Shown here one piece after another: positions 11,738 to 19,957 of a stretch of 64,000 nt of DNA. Each line of letters starts with the position of its first letter. Position 1 is the first letter of the stretch. The position numbers and the translations under genes were made by a program. The stretch lies in assembly GCA_946965045.2 (NCBI GenBank), contig OX337237.1, forward strand, positions 1,364,001 to 1,428,000. Reading direction: 5' to 3'. This stretch comes from Epithemia pelagica (taxonomy: Eukaryota; Protista; Bacillariophyta). A model generated the notes under the pieces. It had not been told where the DNA came from. It saw only the letters and a list, made by a program, of their open reading frames with translations, and did no database searches.

Positions 11738-13612
11738 CTAGAAAGCAGCCTCCCCATGATCTCTTGACAAGTGGGCTTCTAGATGTTGATAATGTTGGTT
11801 CAGGTACGTCTCCTTGTCCTCGTCACTGCTCCCTTTATCAAACGATTCTATATCCGCCAGATCGAACAGGAAGATTTTCTCATGTAACGTTCCCACATGG
11901 CGCCAGGCACGGTCCGTGTGCTTAAACATGAGATTCTTGGCAGTAAAGCGCTGCTTCAAATGTTCTCGTACTTTACGCGCATGTTCAGTAGTGCGATGTT
12001 GAATGTGTTGAAAAAACGGATGGACGACGCAAAAGAGATCGTTTTTGAGTTTGCACCAAAAACCGTTGTTCTGAAGTTCAGGATATACGATATGGAAGTT
12101 TCTCACTTCCCTTTTCACGAATTCTTTGGCCATGTTCTGGAATTCCTTTGTTGGAATCAGTTGGTGGTTGTCGTTGTATCGCCGAACAAAGGATTTCACA
12201 ACGCATTCGTCACCATTTTCGGTGACTGCTCTGAATGCCTTTGAAGTCAAACCGGAACCCAAAAACTCGGTTAGGAAAAAGGTATGACTTTCTCCAGCCA
12301 ACCTTCCAGCCAACGAGGGTGCTTGAGCTGGATTTCCACTACAAGTGATATTGAGCATTCCAGGTACCAAAGTTTTCCCATCCATTCTGATGACTCGTTT
12401 GTTCAGCAAATAGCCTTTTTTGAGTTCAACGAGCGCGGCCTTTGTTTTGTGAAATCCCACCAGGGCACAAAGTATGCCGTTGACAAAGGCAGGGATCATT
12501 TCGTGCATCTTCAGGGCCTGCGACATGGCCAGACTGCGAGAGCTTTCGTCAAATGTGTATCCAGCGTTGCTTGTGACTCGTTGTGACCTGCGGAAGGTGC
12601 TCTGAGTTGGCGAAATGCCTTGAACTGCACCAACCAAATCTTCCAAACCGCCTCGATGTTGACACAGAACTCTTCTCGTGTGATCATTCTCAATCCAGAC
12701 AATTCTCGTTTCATTAAAGGTAGTGATTGCCCCAAAAGGATTCGGATGGCCAAACGCAGTCATAGCGGAAAGCTGGGTGTGAACTTGGCCTTTCACGACT
12801 CCGAGGGAGTTGTCATTCAGAAGCTCTTTTACCGGTTTTTTCGTTTCTAATTCGAAAATCGGAAGGCCAGACATTACTTCGTACACGACGGCATGATCCA
12901 AAAGATTGGAGTCCAAATGCGATTCACGTCGCAGGTGAAGCTCTATGGATCCGTCTGTGGAACCAAGCGTGGAGAGTAGTGTGTTACAAATGGTAACTGC
13001 ATCCCCCAAGGCAGCGTGAGTCCAGCCTTGTACATCGTACTCATTTATGTAGGAAAAATCGCATGATTCAATCTTGGCCATGAGTTGCGACGCTCTCGTA
13101 TTTGCTTCAGTGAATGGAACTTGATGGATATGAAACTGACGATCGTCGCTCGGTACAAACGTATGCGAGCCCCGGTGAGACGTGTCGTTCACGTGGCAAA
13201 CAAGCTGGCACTTGTCAGAATAGACTGTGTCCAGACGCAAAGCTCCACAGATCGTTTTCTTCGCCAACTCCTCCTTAATCTTCGCCAGGGCCTCCGTCTT
13301 CTTCGCCAACTCCTCCTTAATCTTCGCCAGGGCCTCCGTCTTCTTCGCCAGGGCCTCCGTTTTCTTCGCCAAGGCCTCCTTCAATACCAACGTACGGTCA
13401 CAGAGAGAGACTAATTGCTCCTCCGGCACGTTCGCCCCCTGCCAGATCTCCACATATTTCCCTATCGTCGAATGGATTTCCCTGTCGGACACGTGGCGGT
13501 ATTTGGCTCTTTTCTGCGGCGATCCTACGATTTTGGCATAGATGGATTCTAAGCATAGTCTTCGTTGCTGGTTCCATCGAAAATGGGGGGCGAGAAGGGT
13601 GCCTATATCCAT
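11738..13612 (-). CDS. Coiled-coil + PD-(D/E)xK restriction-endonuclease-like + atypical protein kinase fusion (Crinkler-type effector architecture)
   Basis: Intronless, 624 aa. Heptads KKTEALA/KIKEELA; nuclease-like RESHLDSNLLDHAVV...PIFELETKKP...GQV; kinase-like FLGSGLTSKAF, CVVKSF, REVRNF, HTDRAWRHVG, FLFDLAD. Confidence 0.7.
   Translation of the reverse strand: MDIGTLLAPHFRWNQQRRLCLESIYAKIVGSPQKRAKYRHVSDREIHSTIGKYVEIWQGANVPEEQLVSLCDRTLVLKEALAKKTEALAKKTEALAKIKEELAKKTEALAKIKEELAKKTICGALRLDTVYSDKCQLVCHVNDTSHRGSHTFVPSDDRQFHIHQVPFTEANTRASQLMAKIESCDFSYINEYDVQGWTHAALGDAVTICNTLLSTLGSTDGSIELHLRRESHLDSNLLDHAVVYEVMSGLPIFELETKKPVKELLNDNSLGVVKGQVHTQLSAMTAFGHPNPFGAITTFNETRIVWIENDHTRRVLCQHRGGLEDLVGAVQGISPTQSTFRRSQRVTSNAGYTFDESSRSLAMSQALKMHEMIPAFVNGILCALVGFHKTKAALVELKKGYLLNKRVIRMDGKTLVPGMLNITCSGNPAQAPSLAGRLAGESHTFFLTEFLGSGLTSKAFRAVTENGDECVVKSFVRRYNDNHQLIPTKEFQNMAKEFVKREVRNFHIVYPELQNNGFWCKLKNDLFCVVHPFFQHIQHRTTEHARKVREHLKQRFTAKNLMFKHTDRAWRHVGTLHEKIFLFDLADIESFDKGSSDEDKETYLNQHYQHLEAHLSRDHGEAAF
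13255..13385 (-). repeat. Intragenic 21-bp tandem repeat encoding coiled-coil heptads
   Basis: About six near-identical 21-nt units (cttcgccagggcctccgtctt / cttcgccaactcctccttaat on +) encoding EALAKKT/EELAKKT/EALAKIK. Confidence 0.9.
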
Positions 13613-13733
13613 CCGTGCGCGGTAGTCTAGGTAGGTCTACCTACCTAGTCTAGATGAACATCTAATCAATGGACTATATACTCTAGCTGAAAGCTGAACA
13701 TCTACTGGACAAAAAGAGATATTCGGTTATTCA

Positions 13734-13802
13734 ATGGACTTGATCGAATGGAAGAATCCGTTCTCTTTCAGGACGCATCCTTTCTCTTGCCATGAATTCG
13801 CT
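13734..13802 (+). repeat. Direct repeat, right copy (69 bp), flanking the nuclease-kinase gene
   Basis: ATGGACTTGATCGAATGGAAGAATCCGTTCTCTTTCAGGACGCATCCTTTCTCTTGCCATGAATTCGCT; see 11473-11540. Confidence 0.9.
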
Positions 13803-14625
13803 ACTCTCGTGGTGATTTCCTTCTCCTTAGTTTTGTCATATAGAAGCTTCAAGACCCGCTTATTTTAGTATGCTCCCATCCGAATTCCCATCTTCAACGT
13901 AATATCTACAAACAAGTGTAGAGACTGATAGTGCTTGATCATCCAGGGATTGGAGGCGGTCGATGAGCTTGCCCTTCTTCTAAAAAGAAATGCTCCTTCT
14001 CCCAGGTCGGACTGGAGATAAAATAGGGGGTAGGGTTGACTTTCGAGGGTCAAGCGTCGCTCTTGGATCGCTGCCTTTTGGAGCCTTCCGTTGTATGACG
14101 ACGGGAAGGGGCCAAAATCCTTCCGTAGCCTCATAGTACCATACATACTCCCATCATTAATTTATAGCCAAGGTAATACAGGTAATAATGACTCGTGAAC
14201 CGTGAATGTGAAGGTCTGAGGTCGGTTCCGGACGCTGAGCCTGTTCTGGAATGCCGATCCGTCTCTTATTCAGATATAGTCTCTTTCATAGGGTTTCTTT
14301 TGTATCAGCGTATTCTATACATAGAGCTCCGTATGCGAGAACTGAGTAGATTGAACGAGTGGCTTGTGTTTCCGCTGATTCTTGAAAGGAACATTCCAAA
14401 GTATCGGGGAACTTTTTAAAGACGACGACAAAGCCAGGCTGAACGACTCAACAGCGAAATGAGATAATCATGGAGCAGCGTATAGTTGATTATACATACC
14501 ATTCGTCGAAAATCCCATGCTAGCTGTTGGGCTTTCTGAAGTGTAGTCGAGAAAACAATGACAAAAACACAGTTTCCACCGGGACAGCATCAGTTCTTTC
14601 AAGGGAGCCAACTTTTATGAACGGT

Positions 14626-17600
14626 CTAACTGTGTTCTTGCTTGGAGTCTGCGGTAAACTCAAATGAACTTTCGCATATAACGTGAAAGACATCGGTTTC
14701 CTCCGCCATGAGATTGCATATGAGGGGCTCCAAATGAGAAACCTTCCCCAAAGCACCCCATTCAGAATACAAGTCCAACGCACGACGATAATGGTATCTT
14801 GCTTCATTGTTGTCTCCTATTCGAAAAGCATGAGCGGCACATCGTTCATGTGCTAGACCCTGGTAATTGGTAAAGCCGTTTCTTCCTGCCAGCAAAATCG
14901 CTACTTCATAATCTTTCTTGGCTTCCGCCAGGTTGCCATCCAACGAGGCCAGTTCTGCCTGAATGAGCGACTCCGCATATTGCACTGCAATGTTACCTCG
15001 CGAAGACCATGATTTCAACCGTGACAAAAACTTGCCTGCTAGCTCTTGTCTCTTCCTCTTTCCCCCAGAGTCTTGTAAGGAACGAGCTACTGAGATGCAA
15101 GAAAGAGCGCAATATATGTACATTTGTCCGTGGTGTGCAAGACCTGGTTTTTCTTTCTCTGCGCGGAATGCGTCGTACCCAGCAAGCTCCATCAAAGAGC
15201 CCACTTGCTGAAAATCATCGAACCAAAAGGCACATGCTAATCTTGTGCGACAAAGATGTCGGAATTCAACCTCGTATCGAATGTTTCCAGTGACAAGAGA
15301 AATAACTGCATTTATATCCAACACTTCACCTCCGAGTATATGTTTGCCATCACGCTGTGCAAGGTTAAGAACAAGCTGCCATGATATTTTTGAGCAAAGC
15401 ACATGTTTAGAGAGCTTCAAGCTCTCCATTTGAGCAACGTACTTGCTGAAGTCCTCCAGGATAAGCGGCAGTTTCGTTCCGGTAAAAATGCTGAATTCCG
15501 TTAGAAAGAAAATCGACCAAAATGCGGAATAGAGGTCCCCAGTTGCCAGACCAATATTGTACGCGCGCAGAAGCGGTTTCTTGCACGTTTCTAGCGGTGC
15601 TTGCATGCGCATAACAAACTGGTAGCAGAGGAACAAAGTGCGAGATTCGTTTTGACGAGACGTAAACGTCAAAGACAGATCCGCGTATTTCTTAGCCGAG
15701 GCATAGTCTCCAACAGAAACAAGCAAAATCCCAATACGAGCCAAAAGGGGAGCTGTCATATCTGCAATGCCGTTGTTCAGCGTCCACCGAAGCCCCTTGA
15801 GAAATGCGAGCGGCATCAATTTCGGATCACATTGATACGCGACAGTCCCCAATCGATCAATCAAGTAGACAACCCATACTTTGGAGGGATCTGATATCGG
15901 ACCAAGCTGCTTAATCCTAGCGATTGATCGATCCATGCCCGCCGATGTACGAAGTACTCCTGCCATTGTGAATAAAAAACGTTGGTGTTTCGGGAAGCTG
16001 CATCCAAGCTGTTCTAACAAATGCAGCGTCAAGTCTTTTGCCTCAGCAGTGCGGCCTTGAGCACTCAGCGAATCAAGATGAGCAATCGACACACGTCGCT
16101 TGTCTAGAAGAGTAATGGTTTTTTGTTTCGCAAGCAGAACATAGATTTCGTTCACTTTCTCATGCTGTCCAATACAAAAGCACCCTTCTGCCAATGAAGA
16201 GTAGAAGTCTAGAGCCAGCTTTTCATTAGTCTTCAGCGAATCTTCCGGCAATAAAGCAAGTCCCTTGGCCAAATATTCCGTCGACAACTTGAATGCAGAT
16301 GACGCAAGAGCTGTGTTTCCTGCTCGAAGATTGAGGCCAGCTATTTCCAAGCGCAATTTATCTTCCATACCAAGCCTATCAGCCCTTGTATTCAAGAGAT
16401 GAACGACAGAAAACAAGTGTTCACTTAACTCATCGCAAGAAAGCTCTTCAAATAAGAGAGATCCGACTTCGAATTGAATATCATCGAGCTCACTTTGGTC
16501 TACCAATTGAAACAATGCCTCCCTTATCTTGTCATGTTCCCAATGATAGACTCCAGCCTTTAGTGTTCTCAACAACCGTTCGTGTTCAAGAATCCCTGTT
16601 ATTGTCAAGACAGAGCTTCCATCTGTGGTAGTCGCCTCATTCCCAATTTTACCTTGATACTTCTCATACATGAGATTCAAGTCACCAATATTATTGCAGT
16701 AGTGACGGATCACAATCTCCAAGCTTGCCGAACTAAAGATTGTACCCAAACAAGCAGCTCGTGGGAGTAAGGTTTGAAGTTCTTCTGGAAACTCTTGAAG
16801 ACGCGCCAACAACATTGATACTACGTTCTCCGTTGCCATAGCATCTGATTGAATACTTGCCAAGTTCCACTTCCATTTGAACGAACCCAGGTCGAAGACC
16901 ATGTGCTTACTGGCAGTAAGCATGGTAAGGAACTGCTTGACATAAAACATATTCCCGCCAGTTTTGAAATGAACGAGCTTCGCAAGAGCAACAATATCTT
17001 CGTCAGTAGAGGAAATGAGAGATGCAAGGAAATCTTCCACCACAGCTTGTATTACATTCTGCAATTTCAGTTCTGTGATAGCCGCAGATATTGCACCAGT
17101 CCTTTGCTTTACTCGTTCAACTACTTGTCTGAATTCATGACTATCGCCCATTTCGTCCGATCGGTACGTTGTCACGAGAAACAAGGAATCGAGCTTCGGA
17201 TCCTTCATCAAGGCCTCAAGCATATCTAGTGAGGCTTGGTCTGCCCATTGCACATCATCAATTACCAGTGCGATTGTTCCAAACAAGGATGCTGTTTTGA
17301 AGAACTGGGAAAAAGCTTCGTGAAATGCTGGGCCGAGTTGCGCGTAATTTACTACGTGAGTTGGCGTTTCAGTTCGTTCGTCCGAAGCCTTTATGTTGTG
17401 CTGCAATTGTTGAATCTTTGGTAGGACAATTTCCAGCAATTCAAGACTTTCCTTCGTCAAGCTCGTACAGAACTGCTTTTGTACGTCTCTGTTTGAAAAC
17501 GAATAGCGTTTCGGAGGATCGGAAAGTATCTCACAAAGCAAATCGCATGCCTCGATGATTGCTCCGTAGGGTTGATTGTAGTCATATTTGAACTTGCCGC

Positions 17601-17919
17601 ATATGAAAAAACCAGCAGAAGTTGCAACCGTTTTTCGGACTTCTTGTGCCAACGCCGATTTACCAACACCCGGTTCTCCACCGATCAACACAATTTGCTT
17701 ACTGGGAACTTTTTGCGCTTGCTGATATTTTTCTTGTAGTACTTTGAGTTCCTGTTCACGGCCCAAGAAGTCGCATTTATCGAACTGCAGCTTGTCAATG
17801 GTGAAGCTCTCATCGCTCTTTCGATGGGCCAAGGATAATGATGAAGGACGTTGTGATTCGTCGAGTCTTTGATTGCTGCCAAGTAAGCTGATTTCGGCAG
17901 TTGGCGGCGTGTAAGACAT
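14626..17919 (-). CDS. STAND-class/AAA_16 P-loop ATPase with C-terminal TPR-like helical repeats
   Basis: Intronless, 1097 aa. FLGREQEL, Walker A GGEPGVGKS, Walker B LVIDDVQWAD, LFLVTTYR, TGGNMFYV, winged-helix WEHDKIRE, and C-terminal helices GLAHERCA...EARYHYRRALDLYSEWGALGKV. This is the ATPase/TPR body of the bacterial multi-sensor kinase type without kinase or sensor domains. Confidence 0.85.
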   Translation of the reverse strand: MSYTPPTAEISLLGSNQRLDESQRPSSLSLAHRKSDESFTIDKLQFDKCDFLGREQELKVLQEKYQQAQKVPSKQIVLIGGEPGVGKSALAQEVRKTVATSAGFFICGKFKYDYNQPYGAIIEACDLLCEILSDPPKRYSFSNRDVQKQFCTSLTKESLELLEIVLPKIQQLQHNIKASDERTETPTHVVNYAQLGPAFHEAFSQFFKTASLFGTIALVIDDVQWADQASLDMLEALMKDPKLDSLFLVTTYRSDEMGDSHEFRQVVERVKQRTGAISAAITELKLQNVIQAVVEDFLASLISSTDEDIVALAKLVHFKTGGNMFYVKQFLTMLTASKHMVFDLGSFKWKWNLASIQSDAMATENVVSMLLARLQEFPEELQTLLPRAACLGTIFSSASLEIVIRHYCNNIGDLNLMYEKYQGKIGNEATTTDGSSVLTITGILEHERLLRTLKAGVYHWEHDKIREALFQLVDQSELDDIQFEVGSLLFEELSCDELSEHLFSVVHLLNTRADRLGMEDKLRLEIAGLNLRAGNTALASSAFKLSTEYLAKGLALLPEDSLKTNEKLALDFYSSLAEGCFCIGQHEKVNEIYVLLAKQKTITLLDKRRVSIAHLDSLSAQGRTAEAKDLTLHLLEQLGCSFPKHQRFLFTMAGVLRTSAGMDRSIARIKQLGPISDPSKVWVVYLIDRLGTVAYQCDPKLMPLAFLKGLRWTLNNGIADMTAPLLARIGILLVSVGDYASAKKYADLSLTFTSRQNESRTLFLCYQFVMRMQAPLETCKKPLLRAYNIGLATGDLYSAFWSIFFLTEFSIFTGTKLPLILEDFSKYVAQMESLKLSKHVLCSKISWQLVLNLAQRDGKHILGGEVLDINAVISLVTGNIRYEVEFRHLCRTRLACAFWFDDFQQVGSLMELAGYDAFRAEKEKPGLAHHGQMYIYCALSCISVARSLQDSGGKRKRQELAGKFLSRLKSWSSRGNIAVQYAESLIQAELASLDGNLAEAKKDYEVAILLAGRNGFTNYQGLAHERCAAHAFRIGDNNEARYHYRRALDLYSEWGALGKVSHLEPLICNLMAEETDVFHVICESSFEFTADSKQEHS

Positions 17920-18322
17920 TCACATTTCGAAGCAAGACAAGAGATGCGATATGGATATCTTTCGCCGTTCAGGTCCGCCTTGGTGTGTACGGATACATAC
18001 GAATATGACACAAGAAATAAAGAAAGTTGACTCCGGTGGGAAGGAAAACAAACTGTGACTGACTGTCATGGCCAAAAGCCAAAAGCCAAAACACCATTCC
18101 TAATTCCTACTCCCTACCTCTAGCTAGCCGTCGCCGTCGCGCTTTGCCAAAGGTCTTATAGTAGTCTTAGGGATAGAGTTAAATAATTCATTTGTCGCTC
18201 CTTAGTCGATTGAGGTCGCACTTCCGACTGGATAAAGAGGTCAACGTCAACAGACATCGGATGAGATGTGATTACAATGGTGTTGGTGTGGATGCGAATG
18301 AACAGGCCTTTCTCTCCCCAAC

Positions 18323-19708
18323 ATGATTCGATTCCGAGGTCATCACACTGAAATCGTGGAGGGTGATGAAATGGCGTCTGCAGAATCAGGGATGAATTCC
18401 CCACCAAAGGCACAACAACAAACAGCCACCGCACACGCAGTTGGTAGTAGCCAAGAGTTGTTGACACCTTGTCGACCTGAACTTCGACGGAAACGGCGTC
18501 CAGTATCGATCGATCGGCACCGGGCTGTTGTCGTCTTGTGTCATCGCATCAGGGATGTTATTCGACGGTTTGTAGATCCCTCGTCCGTGTCCGGTGGTGA
18601 TAGTTCTGTGGCCGTTGGTGGCAGAGTCTTTCGATGGATGGCACTGCTCTTTGCTATACTGGTCGTTGGTACACTATTGGCATTTGTTATATTCTTTTTG
18701 GTATGGACATTCAAACATTCCCAATGTTACACGAGAGAAGCCGGTGTGGAATGGGAAGAAGGGCCATCGCATGATATGATTCGTCCCTGTCCAGCGGTGA
18801 TGTACGAGACCCTCCAACAACGACAACAAGGTGATGGTGACTCACCACACATTTGTATCACAACCTTGACCGATGAAAAATCTCCCAGTTGGTGGCAACG
18901 GTCGATGAGATGTCGAGATTTTGATAAGGTGGGCCGTTTGACGTGGCCTATTCGACAAGCCTATGCCGACAAACATGGATATACGCTGGTTGATTTCAGC
19001 AGTCACATTGATAGCAGCCGTCCACCAGCATGGAGCAAAATCAAGGCTGTCCAAAGTCTCCTTCCACCAAAAGATGGCAAAAGTAGCATACGCTCTCCAC
19101 GGAAGGATTCGGCAAACTCAATCGATGATCATCGTTCTTGTGATTGGATTTTCTGGATGGATGCGGATACGATCATTATGAATTCCTCCATTCGCATCGA
19201 GTCCTTTCTTCCCAAAACGGATGACACTTTAATCGATTTGATTGTCACAATGGACCGACGATTCACGGCCAATTCAGGTGCCTGGTTGCTCCGAGCTAAC
19301 TCGACATGGTCTCGCGAATTCTTGGAACAATGGTGGAACATGGAGAGCTGGGTTCGCCCGTCGGGACTAAGTTTGTCAGGAGACAACGCCGCTTTTGGAG
19401 AATTAGTCAACAACAAAATGAAAATGACCGAGAAGGAACAAGAACTAGAGGTAACCGAAACGAAAGGATCCGTCTCCTCCCACATTCAAATGGTTCCTCG
19501 CTGCACCTTCAATTCGTTTGGTGTGTATCTTCAAGCGGCCAAGGCAAAACAGTTGCGCAAAGCTTCGTCAACGCAAAACGACGCATGGGCTGTGGAAGAA
19601 TGGTATCAGTCTCCAAACTTTTATTATAAGGGCGACTTTGTTGCGCACGCATCCGGTATTGATCAAAAAGCGGCGGGCATTGAAATGCTTTTGAAACGAG
19701 CGCAATAG
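18323..19708 (+). CDS. Type II membrane glycosyltransferase, GT34 (GMA12/MNN10 galactosyl/mannosyltransferase-like)
   Basis: TM helix ALLFAILVVGTLLAFVIFFLVW; RQAYADKHGY, RPPAWSKIKAV, CDWIFWMDAD (DxD), NSGAWLLR...FLEQWW, GDFVAHASG. Exact start uncertain. Confidence 0.85.
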   Translation: MIRFRGHHTEIVEGDEMASAESGMNSPPKAQQQTATAHAVGSSQELLTPCRPELRRKRRPVSIDRHRAVVVLCHRIRDVIRRFVDPSSVSGGDSSVAVGGRVFRWMALLFAILVVGTLLAFVIFFLVWTFKHSQCYTREAGVEWEEGPSHDMIRPCPAVMYETLQQRQQGDGDSPHICITTLTDEKSPSWWQRSMRCRDFDKVGRLTWPIRQAYADKHGYTLVDFSSHIDSSRPPAWSKIKAVQSLLPPKDGKSSIRSPRKDSANSIDDHRSCDWIFWMDADTIIMNSSIRIESFLPKTDDTLIDLIVTMDRRFTANSGAWLLRANSTWSREFLEQWWNMESWVRPSGLSLSGDNAAFGELVNNKMKMTEKEQELEVTETKGSVSSHIQMVPRCTFNSFGVYLQAAKAKQLRKASSTQNDAWAVEEWYQSPNFYYKGDFVAHASGIDQKAAGIEMLLKRAQ

Positions 19709-19957
19709 CGCCCACTGACATGTTACTCTCAAAATCATTTCGCTTGTGACGGCACTACGTCTCTATGCCATATTCTTGCTAAGGCCGTGAAGTTTTATGA
19801 ATATTATGGAGCGGTGGGCTACTTTCTTCTCTCTTCTTCCATTTCATCATTGCCCACACCCTAATAAAACTTTGAAAACTATACTTGACGCACAACAATC
19901 CTTTCGGAAACGAGAAAGAGGAACCAATGGTTGATATTCTCCAGAGCTCAACGAGAA

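Noticed and set aside
13865-14146. 93-aa minus-strand ORF with faint resemblance to a sugar-kinase C-terminus (GRL...DLGEGA)
   Set aside because: Similarity is too weak and short to support by eye, and there is no upstream part.
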